A stretch of DNA of 64,000 nt from a phage: NCBI GenBank assembly GCA_032986305.1, contig GCA_032986305.1_3672.1; one strand, 5' to 3'. Numbering within the stretch: the first letter of the stretch is position 1; each line of letters begins with the position of its first letter. The notes below the pieces were generated by a model that was not told where the DNA came from, did not search any database, and saw nothing but the letters and a program-made list of their open reading frames with translations. The translations under genes were made by a program, and so were the position numbers. This document shows, in pieces, positions 45,840 to 56,096 of the stretch.

Positions 45840-47066
45840 TTAAAAAGGGATGTCATCATCAAAGGAGTACTGTGCTGGATTCTGATCCATCGGGTCATCT
45901 TCCCCATCATTTACAGGAGGAGCGTCTACAGTGTTTTGCTGTGGAGCTGCTTCCTGTTTGGCAGCCTTAGGTTCTTGATGGTCAGTTGACCCAGCACCGT
46001 TCTTGATCCAATCGTACAACGGCTCAGCCAGATTAGTCAAGACATCTTTTGCTTCTGCAGTAATTGCCGCTGCAAAATCATCAACTTTCGTTTTCTTGTC
46101 AATACGGCGACAAGCGTTCAACACCGCATTACCGACACTGGCACCTACTTCATCTTCAGTTCGGTTGGTGGCTTGAGCATACTCTTTCTTAAGCTCAATG
46201 GTGACTACGTGCAGTGTTTTAGCCACGCCCAGTGGGTCGTCTACCTTAAACCCGCGATCCAGGATGATCTGCAACGCATTGATGCTATGCCCCGTTTCCA
46301 CACCGATAGGGTCGTAAGAGGATTTACGCTTGCCACCAGAGCCTTGAGTGCCGTTCTCTGCCTTAGGAGGATAGGCCTTGAAACCACTGATAATGTTTCC
46401 GGTGTCTTTGTCAACAATGGCTGCAACACGACCACCTACCACCAGGTCTTTAAGCTGCTCATCAGTTACAACCATAGCACCTTCGCCAATCTTGTGGTCA
46501 TTAACAGTAACCACGTTGCCAACAATCTGAGTCACATCACCATAGATGCGTAAAACGTCCTGATTGGCATTCTGCTGAGGTTTCTGCTTCTGGCCTTGTG
46601 ATTGTGCACCTTGTTGCTGTTTTTGCTGCTGAGTCGCTGCTGGAGCCTCTCCTGCACCCAGCTTGACCATCTTAGCCAGTGAGCCTTTGTAATAGGTCTT
46701 ACCGTTATGCTCGTTTGCCTTCAAAGGAATATTTACGATCCATCCCGGCGTTACGGTTTCCCACTTGTCATCAATTTTAACAGAGACAGAGTCTTGATGA
46801 CCAGGTTTAAGCAGCTTATCACCCATGCTGATCCAAACTTCTTCACCACCTTGAAGCAGGTTATCAGAGGAATCCAGTTCAGAAATCAGTAAAGAGATGG
46901 TGTGGCTGGATTCAATTTTCTTACCTTGCCACACAGTGGTTTTAATACCTGTTGTAGGATCAGCACCTTTGATAGGCTTGATGCTGACACGTTTAATCAT
47001 GCCGTGAGCCAGTAAAACAGTTTCACGCGGATTCATCGGGTTAGCGAATTGTTGAATAACGCTCAT
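45840..47066 (-). CDS. putative ssDNA-binding protein with C-terminal acidic tail ending DDDIPF
   Basis: C-terminus ...SFDDDIPF is the E. coli SSB tail motif; Q-rich linker. Confidence 0.45.
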   Translation of the reverse strand: MSVIQQFANPMNPRETVLLAHGMIKRVSIKPIKGADPTTGIKTTVWQGKKIESSHTISLLISELDSSDNLLQGGEEVWISMGDKLLKPGHQDSVSVKIDDKWETVTPGWIVNIPLKANEHNGKTYYKGSLAKMVKLGAGEAPAATQQQKQQQGAQSQGQKQKPQQNANQDVLRIYGDVTQIVGNVVTVNDHKIGEGAMVVTDEQLKDLVVGGRVAAIVDKDTGNIISGFKAYPPKAENGTQGSGGKRKSSYDPIGVETGHSINALQIILDRGFKVDDPLGVAKTLHVVTIELKKEYAQATNRTEDEVGASVGNAVLNACRRIDKKTKVDDFAAAITAEAKDVLTNLAEPLYDWIKNGAGSTDHQEPKAAKQEAAPQQNTVDAPPVNDGEDDPMDQNPAQYSFDDDIPF

Positions 47067-47431
47067 TATTTGTCTCCTTGTTCTTCGTTAGTGTTTGCCG
47101 TGTGTGCAAACCCTGCTTGAATTAATTTGTCCTGAACTTGAGCCAACAGCCCCATTGCAAAACTTGTGGTCCCAGAGAGGGCCATCAGCATATCTCGTTG
47201 TTGAGCTACCCAACCTAAGGCATAGTCCAAACGACGATATTTTTCTTCTTCACGCAGAGCTTGAAATAATTGTTCAGCCTCTGGTTGTTGTGTGAGCTCC
47301 TGAAGTCTTCCCATGAAAGAAGAAAGCACTAGTAGAAGAGACACTTGATCTTTACTTAACCCTAAGAAAAATTCTTGAGGTTGTTCTTGCTCGTTCATCG
47401 CAACCGACGCTTGATCGTTCATTTGTTCCAT
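47066..47431 (-). CDS. hypothetical protein
   Basis: 121 aa, coupled to downstream gene. Confidence 0.4.
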   Translation of the reverse strand: MEQMNDQASVAMNEQEQPQEFFLGLSKDQVSLLLVLSSFMGRLQELTQQPEAEQLFQALREEEKYRRLDYALGWVAQQRDMLMALSGTTSFAMGLLAQVQDKLIQAGFAHTANTNEEQGDK

Positions 47432-47514
47432 TATGGAATCTCCGATTTTATTTGAACAACATAGAAGGAGACACTATTTTAGCATCCCCTTCTGCAAATT
47501 ACAATAGGTATTTG

Positions 47515-47760
47515 TTAGCCAATCACTTCGAAAGTTCCCCAATTCCCGTCCAGCAGGCAGGTGATCGGATCCCCATCGTCGTCAAAGATTTCAAAGTTTT
47601 CAGCATCCAGGATGTGGCCCTCGAACACAATACTTTCGTCGCCACCACCAGAAATAACAGCGTATTCCTTACCTTCAGTCAAGTTTTGACACCCTTTGCC
47701 ACCAAAACCTACTTCAACACAACGTACTTTCTGTCCTGCGCGAGCAACTACTTCAGTCAT
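47515..47760 (-). CDS. hypothetical protein
   Basis: 81 aa. Confidence 0.4.
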   Translation of the reverse strand: MTEVVARAGQKVRCVEVGFGGKGCQNLTEGKEYAVISGGGDESIVFEGHILDAENFEIFDDDGDPITCLLDGNWGTFEVIG

Positions 47761-47777
47761 CTTAAGGTCTCCTGATA

Positions 47778-48098
47778 TTAATCGTCAAGTTCAAAATAGA
47801 TTTTAACAGCTTCATCAAAGATTGGAATCCCAATGTTGTTGATAAGCTGCCAAACTACCATATCTTTACCTGGATCTGGGAGAATGTCAACCTTTCTCCA
47901 TGCGCTGTATATCCAGTTCGGACCACCTTCTGCACTAACTGGCAGATTTTCACCAGCCTCCTGCAGATACTTATACAGCAAAAGATATTCTGGATACTCT
48001 AGAACACTGTCCTCTGTAGTATATAGCAGTTCACGGTATACTTTTAAGAACCCTGCTGGGGTAATGTTTTCAGTCTTCATTTGCCGCTTCTCCTGCAT
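47778..48098 (-). CDS. hypothetical protein
   Basis: 106 aa. Confidence 0.4.
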   Translation of the reverse strand: MQEKRQMKTENITPAGFLKVYRELLYTTEDSVLEYPEYLLLYKYLQEAGENLPVSAEGGPNWIYSAWRKVDILPDPGKDMVVWQLINNIGIPIFDEAVKIYFELDD

Positions 48099-48462
48099 TC
48101 ATCAGGTCTGCCATAGCGTCACCTACGAAGAGAACAACCACATCGTTGACAGCGTCAGCATCATCTTTATTGACGTTGCTGAATTTAGGACACACCGCAA
48201 TGATCATATAGACACCGTTACCAACCTGAACTGTCCGTGTGGTGCACATCATGGCGGTATTTGTGCCTTCTTTGAAGGCGAAGCCTTGAAGACGCTCCTC
48301 TAAAGTGTTACCGGTAGATTTCAGAAGCGCCAGCTCGTCCAAGGCATAGATGATATCTCCGGAAGTTAGTGTTGCCTTGCCATCAGACACCATAATAACT
48401 CCATCAGCACCGTCAAGCTTAGAGGCTTCAAAGATATCAATATCCCAAATATTTTTCATCAC
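48070..48462 (-). CDS. hypothetical protein
   Basis: 130 aa. Confidence 0.4.
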   Translation of the reverse strand: MMKNIWDIDIFEASKLDGADGVIMVSDGKATLTSGDIIYALDELALLKSTGNTLEERLQGFAFKEGTNTAMMCTTRTVQVGNGVYMIIAVCPKFSNVNKDDADAVNDVVVLFVGDAMADLMNAGEAANED

Positions 48463-48779
48463 GCTTCCTCGTCGTCTAAAGAGTTGAAGATTTCACCGAA
48501 GTATTCTAAGACTTCTAGCTCCCGTGTGGTGCAGAAAACACAGTCACCGTTGTCATCCTCGATAACGGCCTCTTTACCCAGCACATCTACTTCAAGTTTA
48601 TCGTTCAACAGGACAGCCCCTGTGTAAACTTTGTCGGCTGTGCAGTCCCGAAAAGCAGAGTCTTTCTCCAGATAGTCTGGCTTAACCTTGGCTTTAATTC
48701 GTTGGTATTGTTTGGTCATTGCTGTGGTCCCCTTTCGTTTTGATAGGGCCATTATATTAGGCCCCATCACTGTTGTCAA
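48459..48779 (-). CDS. hypothetical protein (tandem paralog of 48783..49037)
   Basis: Shared motifs DCT...Y and DDNGDCVFCT / DDEGDSVWCT. Confidence 0.4.
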   Translation of the reverse strand: MTTVMGPNIMALSKRKGTTAMTKQYQRIKAKVKPDYLEKDSAFRDCTADKVYTGAVLLNDKLEVDVLGKEAVIEDDNGDCVFCTTRELEVLEYFGEIFNSLDDEEA

Positions 48780-48782
48780 GTA

Positions 48783-49037
48783 TTAATGTTCAGGTTTTAC
48801 AAAAACTACTTCATTAACAGTGCACCAGACAGAGTCTCCTTCATCATCTTTAAAGGTAAGGCACTGTGCTGAGTTTTCCAGCTCATCAATCTCTTCTTGT
48901 GATAAAGGGGCCCCTTCTTCCAAAAGGGCTTTTACCAAAGGGTTCTCACAAAACTCTGCTTCATAAATAGTGCCAAGTGTGCAATCTTTAAAAGCTCGGT
49001 CGTTTGCAACGCATTCTGGTTTCAACATGATTTTCAT
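48783..49037 (-). CDS. hypothetical protein (tandem paralog)
   Basis: See 48459..48779. Confidence 0.4.
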   Translation of the reverse strand: MKIMLKPECVANDRAFKDCTLGTIYEAEFCENPLVKALLEEGAPLSQEEIDELENSAQCLTFKDDEGDSVWCTVNEVVFVKPEH

Positions 49038-49113
49038 CTTGGAGGTCTCCTTAATTATTTAACAATCAATACTCTGTTTGTGGGGAGTATCTTACATCTA
49101 ACCTTACTTCTTG

Positions 49114-49512
49114 TCAACGACTATTTTCAATCATCCACCAAGGATCAAGGTAGGTTTGTTGACTTTTTGCCCACTGGCAAACATCTTCGTACATCTGAAC
49201 TTCGTTTTCAGTCAGTTCACGAATAGGCTCATCTATACCCTCATTTTTGTGGTAATCCCAGTCGGCATCGATCTCCCACAACCACGACTTGTTGTCACCA
49301 CGCTTACGCACACAGAAGTCACCGGGACGGCCTGCCAATGCATTTAAGAACTCGTTCTCCGCTCGCTCCTGAAGAATACTAAGGAGCAAAACGTTGGAGC
49401 ATGACCGTAAAATATGCTTCAGCTCACAATCATCAATCTCAACTTCAATACGTTGTTTGACTGTGTGGGTACCTTTTACTAACATCCTACCTCCTCTAAA
49501 CGAACTCTGCAA
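49114..49512 (-). CDS. hypothetical protein
   Basis: 132 aa. Confidence 0.4.
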   Translation of the reverse strand: MQSSFRGGRMLVKGTHTVKQRIEVEIDDCELKHILRSCSNVLLLSILQERAENEFLNALAGRPGDFCVRKRGDNKSWLWEIDADWDYHKNEGIDEPIRELTENEVQMYEDVCQWAKSQQTYLDPWWMIENSR

Positions 49513-49690
49513 GAGTTGTGTTGTTCACTGCACCGCAGTAAATGGAGTATCCCAGCCCATTAGAGTGCAGAAACCACGGCGTGCCGAAATTATCTTTCAC
49601 GTAGACATCGCCGTTGTTTGTAAAGGGCCAATATTCTTCACCAAGGGTAAAATACCTATTCATATCTTCAGCAAGATACTTTACTTTCAT
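49496..49690 (-). CDS. hypothetical protein
   Basis: 64 aa. Confidence 0.35.
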   Translation of the reverse strand: MKVKYLAEDMNRYFTLGEEYWPFTNNGDVYVKDNFGTPWFLHSNGLGYSIYCGAVNNTTLAEFV

Positions 49691-49914
49691 AGGTCCTCTT
49701 CAACAACTACAAACTTGGCAAGCAAAGTGGTTCCGTAGATATGATACTCACCGTTTGCCAGGTGAGAGATATACCAGGCAACCCCTTCCTCGTCTTTAAT
49801 CATTTTGTTTGCACGAGCTTTATCGTAATAAACCTCGTAGGTCTTTCCTTCTTTAAAGAAGGACAGGTCTGTCATCTTTTCTTCTACAAAAGTAGCTTTA
49901 ACCAAAGTTGTCAT
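49687..49914 (-). CDS. hypothetical protein
   Basis: 75 aa. Confidence 0.4.
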   Translation of the reverse strand: MTTLVKATFVEEKMTDLSFFKEGKTYEVYYDKARANKMIKDEEGVAWYISHLANGEYHIYGTTLLAKFVVVEEDL

Positions 49915-50285
49915 TGATCGGTCTCCTTCTTGTTAAGTCTGAATACTGCAATAATAGCATTCCCAAGGTGCAGTGTCAAATCATTTCCAAGATACCACAA
50001 CATTCCACGGTCATCTTTAATGAAAGGGTAACAATCTGGTGCCTTCCAGACATTGTACACTTTCCCAACCTGAAAGAAATCAGGCCCTGTTGGGATTTTG
50101 GTGCCAGGCCACACTTGAGATACCTGAACACACTCCACCTGCATAATAACAGGAATGGTCATGGATGTAAATGTTTTTGTTGGCTCTACTACCATAAAAG
50201 TCTCCTCTTTGCTCAACAACACTTCCATGTGTTGATAGTTTACATTAGTGACAATCACCCCAGTTACGACCACACAAGTATTCAC
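49911..50285 (-). CDS. hypothetical protein
   Basis: 124 aa. Confidence 0.4.
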   Translation of the reverse strand: MNTCVVVTGVIVTNVNYQHMEVLLSKEETFMVVEPTKTFTSMTIPVIMQVECVQVSQVWPGTKIPTGPDFFQVGKVYNVWKAPDCYPFIKDDRGMLWYLGNDLTLHLGNAIIAVFRLNKKETDQ

Positions 50286-50601
50286 CTGTGATCTGGAACG
50301 GGACTCCCATCATTTTAGAAGCTTGCCAGAAGCAATGCACCACCATTTCACCCACAGGGCTCCAGATAAGTTCAAGCTTTCCGTCATCGTTCAGGATAGG
50401 ATCGTACACCGTGTTTCCGTCTCTGTCAACCACCTCGTTTCCGTTTTCATCCTTGCGTGCCTTTTTGTACTTATGACCGTCGAACACATGAAGTTTGGCT
50501 TCCTGCTCTGCCTTAAATGCTTCCAGTTCTTCAATTGTGTCGAAGGTGTACACAGTCTTATACTTAGGTGTGTCAGGGACCTGAAGTTGGTACTCATCCA
50601 A
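50245..50601 (-). CDS. hypothetical protein
   Basis: 118 aa. Confidence 0.4.
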   Translation of the reverse strand: MDEYQLQVPDTPKYKTVYTFDTIEELEAFKAEQEAKLHVFDGHKYKKARKDENGNEVVDRDGNTVYDPILNDDGKLELIWSPVGEMVVHCFWQASKMMGVPFQITGEYLCGRNWGDCH

Positions 50602-50868
50602 TAGTTCAGGTAGGTCGTTAAGCTACCCCGCACCATTACGTGCATAGCCATACGTTTTCACGTAGGATCGGACCATCTCATATTCCTATGATAAGCAACC
50701 ACAGGAATCCTCCCATTTCGACCGCACTTGCTGGTCTACTTCCTTTCGGAATGGCCTCTGAGCGTTCGCTCTTTTGAGCGCTTCGTTGCGGATTACCTTG
50801 CCATAAGGTTTAGGCTTCCCGCAGTTAAAGAGGTTATTCGACATAGATTACTCTATGAAGCCACAATG

Positions 50869-53298
50869 TTATTTATGGTAATAAATAATACGACGAACAC
50901 CTTCATCGTACCACCCACGCTTCACCATTTGGTGGTGCATGAGTATCCCAACTAAGTCACACAGCGATGCACCACCATTCTGTTGGTATGCATTAAGTAA
51001 AGAGTGTTTAGATCGGGTCCAGATGGCATGACCATCAAAAGAGTAGATAAACTTCTTACCCGTTGCTTCCCAGAATTTCTCCAGATCCTCTTTACGCCCC
51101 TTAAGACCAGGGTTGGCATCCCAAAGTGCATCGATTACCCTTTGTCCCAACTCTGGAGAGATGTCCAGCATATCTGCAACTTTATCTTTTTGTGCCCCGT
51201 ACATAACCCCATACGTGATAGGTTTACCGTCGTTACGGGACACCTCTCTGCCTGCTACTTTTGTATATGCCTCAGCATTGTTTTGGTGTGCGTCTCCGTT
51301 ACTTACAACATCGTAATACAGGCCGTTGTCGAACTCAAAGGCACCCCAAGCCCCGATAAGCTGCTCTAAGTTGGACCCGTCGATACCGATCTCAAAGTAT
51401 CCTGGAGGAACACCCCACAAGCTACGCATCTCTTTACCCATAACCACTTTAGGAGAGGGTTTAGGCATGTTTGCACAAATACTGTGTTTCTGTCTGGAAG
51501 TGTTTGTTAATCCAGAGCTTTTAGCAGGAAGCTTATGGTCAATCTTCAAGCGTGGGTGATTAAGAAGACCAGTATCAACCTTATCCTCCTTGATCGGATC
51601 AAGGACCGATCTGCGGTTTCGCAATGATAACCACAAGACGATATCTTTAGCCATCTCTCCGTTCAATTTTTCAAGATTCGGACATAGGTGTCCAAACGTA
51701 TCTTTCAGTTGCGGAGAAGTAATAAGTGCCCTAGCTTTTCTACGTATTTTCCTGAATACTTCCTTTTTAATCCTTTCGGAGTTAGGAAAGCTTCGGAACT
51801 TGTGCACAGTTGTCTGGAACTTAGCATCAGTTTTGTTCCAGAAGTTGATAATTAGGTCACAATACTCTGACTCCAAAAGCTCGTCCATATATGCATATAC
51901 TCGTGCATCAACATCTGCATCAGGTAAAGCTTTCTTCTTGCTGTCTTTAGTTACATCCTTAGTTCTCCACATTGTCGGAAGCCAGCCAGCACTGATCAGG
52001 TATCGCTTAATGTCGTCCTGGTTGCTGATTTTCATAGGTATCTTGCAGTCCGGCATTCGCTTCTGCTGTAGATCACTTATTGCCTGATCCATCAACTCTT
52101 TAGGTAAAGGGTGTGGTGTGGAAGTGCCCTTAATATAGCCTCTCAAGAAATCAGCCATCTTATCGGGGTCTTTGCATCCCATCTCTTCACACCATTTTAT
52201 CCCCATCTTGCTGACATCTCCTGTAGAGGTAAATGCTCTCTTAGGCGGGGCTTTGAACTCTAAAGCGCTCATGTCTACAGGATATCCAAGCTTATCTTTT
52301 AACCATTTCCAACCATTATTAGAGATTGTCCCGTCTTGGTTAAACGGCTTTTCAGGGAACTTGGGCCGCTGAGACATTGACAGCTCTTTTAAAGGCAGTT
52401 GTGGTTCAACACGATCAGCGATTTCTTTCATCCACGCATCGCAACGGTCACGTAAAGCAATAGCTCCATCTATGTCGAAATATACGCCCTGACGGGCCTG
52501 CAGCTCCATCAGGAAGTGCTGCAGCATACCTCGGCGCAATGCGTTCTTCCAGGTGATCTTCTTGAACCCTTTTGGCTTCTCTTTGGCAGGATCGTACATA
52601 AAGTTCTGCATGTCAGATTTGCCGTAGAATACACCTTTTGATTCCGCTACCAGCTCTTTCCAGAGCAACTCCTGGATGATAACGTCCTCGAATACACGAT
52701 CCACATACTTCCACAACGGAAGATCGCGCCAGTCATCAATTTGAACTTTCTGGTTACCAAGGGCGTAGCCCCATGCCATAAGGCCGTGAGGACCAACAGG
52801 CTGCATTTTCTTAGTAACCGGGTTGAATACAGCGTCCGGACAACCTTTTGGTAAAGGGCGATCAGGCCACAAGATTCGGCTCATCGCCAACGTATCAAAC
52901 AGGTTAACCTGGTGGTCGTTGATAGTCCCCATACATTTAGGATCACGGAACATATCAAAATGAATACCGGATAATCTCTCCATCAGCATAAAGTCATAAC
53001 TATAGCAGTTATGGCAGTTCAAAGCTGTTGGTGACCAGTCGGAATTGCCTGTAAGCCAACCTTCCAACTCCGAAAAATCTGCTATGCGAACTTCAAAATC
53101 TTTATAAAGAGCTTTCTTTGCCAGAATAAAGTTCTTAGCCTTCTCTATATCCTCCTCGGAGTAGTGTGTGCGGTCATTTAGAGGGAGGAACAGCATAAAA
53201 CGGTTCTTATTCAGCTCTTTAAACAGGCCGCAGTGATAATAAAGATCTGGGTCTTCCAAAAGCCCGGAGGCCTCAAAATCGAAGCTATACATGCTCAT
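50869..53298 (-). CDS. family A DNA polymerase (T7 gp5-like) with 3'-5' exonuclease domain
   Basis: Exo I FDFEASGL; motif A GIDGSNLEQL (cf. T7 DASGLELR); motif B RNDGKPITYGVMYG; SD AAGGAG. Confidence 0.75.
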   Translation of the reverse strand: MSMYSFDFEASGLLEDPDLYYHCGLFKELNKNRFMLFLPLNDRTHYSEEDIEKAKNFILAKKALYKDFEVRIADFSELEGWLTGNSDWSPTALNCHNCYSYDFMLMERLSGIHFDMFRDPKCMGTINDHQVNLFDTLAMSRILWPDRPLPKGCPDAVFNPVTKKMQPVGPHGLMAWGYALGNQKVQIDDWRDLPLWKYVDRVFEDVIIQELLWKELVAESKGVFYGKSDMQNFMYDPAKEKPKGFKKITWKNALRRGMLQHFLMELQARQGVYFDIDGAIALRDRCDAWMKEIADRVEPQLPLKELSMSQRPKFPEKPFNQDGTISNNGWKWLKDKLGYPVDMSALEFKAPPKRAFTSTGDVSKMGIKWCEEMGCKDPDKMADFLRGYIKGTSTPHPLPKELMDQAISDLQQKRMPDCKIPMKISNQDDIKRYLISAGWLPTMWRTKDVTKDSKKKALPDADVDARVYAYMDELLESEYCDLIINFWNKTDAKFQTTVHKFRSFPNSERIKKEVFRKIRRKARALITSPQLKDTFGHLCPNLEKLNGEMAKDIVLWLSLRNRRSVLDPIKEDKVDTGLLNHPRLKIDHKLPAKSSGLTNTSRQKHSICANMPKPSPKVVMGKEMRSLWGVPPGYFEIGIDGSNLEQLIGAWGAFEFDNGLYYDVVSNGDAHQNNAEAYTKVAGREVSRNDGKPITYGVMYGAQKDKVADMLDISPELGQRVIDALWDANPGLKGRKEDLEKFWEATGKKFIYSFDGHAIWTRSKHSLLNAYQQNGGASLCDLVGILMHHQMVKRGWYDEGVRRIIYYHK

Positions 53299-53356
53299 AA
53301 AGTGTTCTCCTTAAAGGGGAGGCGGTTGTACTACCCCTCCCACTCTTGGTTAAACA

Positions 53357-55435
53357 TTAAAAAGGCGTTTCATCATCCTCAAAACCAGGGACAGGGTCAG
53401 AGGACGGATCATCGTACTGGAGGTCTTCCTGCGTGTCAACAGGCTTAACAGTAGGAGTTACAACCTTATCAGCCACAACCTTGCCCATAGGTGTTTCTAC
53501 AACTGCATGCTCCTGATCCTCAAACATAGCCTGAGGTCTCCAAACAACCTCCCCACCTTCTCCATCTGTAAACATTTGCATTTCTTTGTCCCAGTACCAA
53601 TTACTGGCATCATGGAACTTACCTGTATGTGGGTCCATAACCAAAGTGTCTGCAATACCCAATGTTTTTGCTGGGCGGTTTTTAAGACCTACTAAACGGA
53701 CACGCCCACGAGAACGATCCACCATTTCTTCGGCCTCAACACCTATGACTACCCAACTCAACTGTTCAAGCCCAGCCGATCCTCGCAAATTCTCTTTTCG
53801 CACAGGATACCAGAAAGGTAATGGGTTACCATCCTTGTCCTTAGGAGGCACAATCTCTGTACGTTTGAGGTGAGCGATCACCAAGATAAACACGTTAAAC
53901 TGCTTACAAAACGCAGCCAGCTGAGTCATAGCCATGTCCAGTTCTTTTCGCTCATCTTTAACATTAAGCCCTGAAATTACCATAGACAGGTGATCCAGCA
54001 CAATATAGCGACAATGATACAGGCAGACCATTTGCTTAAGCTTGGTAATCAACTCGTCCACTGGAATAGACCCGAAATGTTTGAACACTTTGATTTTTCC
54101 AGCTTTTGCCCATGATTGGTGAATCTCTGCGTGTTCTTGATCAGTTAAAAACTGGCTAGGATCTTCAACAAACTCTTTAACATCAAACCCTAGCTGGTTT
54201 GCATACAAGGAGTTAATTGCTTCCTCTGGGTCCTCCTCAAGATGGATCATGCATAGACGATCATCCTCTTCATAGTCATCGGCCTTCGGGCATGTCGGGT
54301 CCATCAAGTATCTTGCAATACAATGTTCCAGTTTTTTAGCTACAGTTGTTTTACCGCCCCCTGATGGCCCTGTAAGCATTACGAGTGTCCCTTTGTGCAA
54401 GCCTTTTAGCATTTTTTGCAGTTTTGGAAACTCTGCGCTGATATCTACCCCGTTGGAAGTCTTTTTCCGCAAAGATTCGATAGAGAAGTCTTCTAAATCC
54501 GACACAGCATCCGGCACATACTTAACAGGATGCCGGAACATGTTTACAATATCTTCCAGCTTTTTAGCCTTCAGCATGTCACGGATATCTTTTACACCAT
54601 CAGGGTCGTTTACCTCGCCAGGATATTCCACGTGGTAAACGTTGTCAGCCATCAAAAATGCTGCGATATTATGTGTGGCTTCAACACCTTTGATAACGTG
54701 TTTTTGCTTCTCTACCTCGTTAGCTGCATCGTTGTCCATTGCAAGGACCACTGTTCCGTAGCTACGGATAAATTTCTCATTGTTTGCAAAAGTGTCTACT
54801 GCGTTTGCACATCCACAGTTAATTCCAACAAAAGGCAGGCAGGGTTTTCCTGCCAGATCACCCCCGTTGATAACTGCATCGATCCCGTCCTGAACCTCTT
54901 TAGCCCACTGTTTCACCTTTGCCGGGGCTTTAGCGTTGGTGAGAATCCCTTTTACTTGTATCTGATATGCAGCCTGCCATGCTGCAATAACATCACCTTC
55001 CCCCTCACAAACGTTAATCTGCTTACGGTTGTTGGAAGATGCACACAGCTTTTGACCAAACATCTGGGAGTTAGCCTTTACGATGCCTACTACAGACCAG
55101 TGTCCTTTTTGCTCTTTCGGCTTAGACCAATCACGCTTTTTGAAACCGGACAGATTCCCGTATCGGTCGTAATATGGGAAATATGTTGCAGTAACTGTCA
55201 CACCGTCTTCTTGGGATAATGCTGATCGCACACCAAAATATTGTGCAGCCATCAGACCGATATTCTGTTGTGGAACAGGGACAATTTTAGTATTTTCTAA
55301 AACAGTCTCTACAGTTTCAACCTCTTTTTCATCACGATAGTCTCGTTTCATACTGCCCCCACTTTTGTATCTTGTTGCAACCGGGTTAGGTTCTCCATAG
55401 CGGCTATATGCAGAGGATATAAACTTATTCCCCAT
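53357..55435 (-). CDS. primase-helicase (TOPRIM primase plus DnaB-like helicase, T7 gp4-like)
   Basis: TOPRIM CEGEGD and AMDNDAAN; Walker A LTGPSGGGKTT; C-terminus ...FEDDETPF; SD GAGGAG before ATG 55435. Confidence 0.8.
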   Translation of the reverse strand: MGNKFISSAYSRYGEPNPVATRYKSGGSMKRDYRDEKEVETVETVLENTKIVPVPQQNIGLMAAQYFGVRSALSQEDGVTVTATYFPYYDRYGNLSGFKKRDWSKPKEQKGHWSVVGIVKANSQMFGQKLCASSNNRKQINVCEGEGDVIAAWQAAYQIQVKGILTNAKAPAKVKQWAKEVQDGIDAVINGGDLAGKPCLPFVGINCGCANAVDTFANNEKFIRSYGTVVLAMDNDAANEVEKQKHVIKGVEATHNIAAFLMADNVYHVEYPGEVNDPDGVKDIRDMLKAKKLEDIVNMFRHPVKYVPDAVSDLEDFSIESLRKKTSNGVDISAEFPKLQKMLKGLHKGTLVMLTGPSGGGKTTVAKKLEHCIARYLMDPTCPKADDYEEDDRLCMIHLEEDPEEAINSLYANQLGFDVKEFVEDPSQFLTDQEHAEIHQSWAKAGKIKVFKHFGSIPVDELITKLKQMVCLYHCRYIVLDHLSMVISGLNVKDERKELDMAMTQLAAFCKQFNVFILVIAHLKRTEIVPPKDKDGNPLPFWYPVRKENLRGSAGLEQLSWVVIGVEAEEMVDRSRGRVRLVGLKNRPAKTLGIADTLVMDPHTGKFHDASNWYWDKEMQMFTDGEGGEVVWRPQAMFEDQEHAVVETPMGKVVADKVVTPTVKPVDTQEDLQYDDPSSDPVPGFEDDETPF

Positions 55436-56096
55436 CTTTAAACTCCTCAATCTCTTTCATCACTCTATCTCTTACAGCTTTTGCTTCTTCTAAAGTATTG
55501 TAAGTGCCATAGCTCTTTCTCTTTTTGCCGCTTTGCACTCTAACTCTCCACCTTCCAGAGCTCGGCACATAGAACACCCCTGTTACACCGCTAGTGTTTC
55601 TAACATCCAAATCTTGCGGGACGAATTTTCCCTTCTCCCATAACTTTCTGCATGCAATTGCATCTTCTTTTGTCTTAAAACACCCTAAGTATATGTCTCC
55701 AACAGATGCAATCCATCTTTTTATACCTCTAGGGTAGCGTACACCTCGACACCCTGAGGTATTGTTAATGCTCAGTTTGTCACTGTAGATCATGTCTCGT
55801 GCATTATCGCCCTGTGTACCTAGGACTAAGTTCTCTACCCTATCATCGCCTGCTATGTCGTTCTTGTGCCGCACAACAAGTCCTTCTGGTATCTCCCCGT
55901 AATGCATCTCCCAAACTATTCTATGCCTACGAACACTCCCAACACCTGACACATATATCACTCTATAGCCATTTTTATCTGTACCTGTGGCCTCCTCACC
56001 TGCGTAATGTATAACCCTGCCCCTTCCGGCTTTTGCAGTGTACGCCCAGAACAGTTTGCCGTCACTGTAGGTGAAATACTTGCTCCAGTCAACCAT
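55425..56096 (-). CDS. HNH homing endonuclease with two AP2 DNA-binding domains (free-standing)
   Basis: HNH_3 motif HRIVWEMHYGEIP...RHKN...DDRVENL; AP2-like SGCRGVRY... and SGVTGVFY... repeats. Confidence 0.75.
   Translation of the reverse strand: MVDWSKYFTYSDGKLFWAYTAKAGRGRVIHYAGEEATGTDKNGYRVIYVSGVGSVRRHRIVWEMHYGEIPEGLVVRHKNDIAGDDRVENLVLGTQGDNARDMIYSDKLSINNTSGCRGVRYPRGIKRWIASVGDIYLGCFKTKEDAIACRKLWEKGKFVPQDLDVRNTSGVTGVFYVPSSGRWRVRVQSGKKRKSYGTYNTLEEAKAVRDRVMKEIEEFKDGE

Noticed and set aside
50391-50651. Minus-strand 86-aa ORF
   Set aside because: Overlaps the better-packed ORF 50245-50601 in another frame and has no SD
54530-55219. Plus-strand 229-aa ORF
   Set aside because: Fully antisense to the primase-helicase gene, which has clear TOPRIM and Walker motifs
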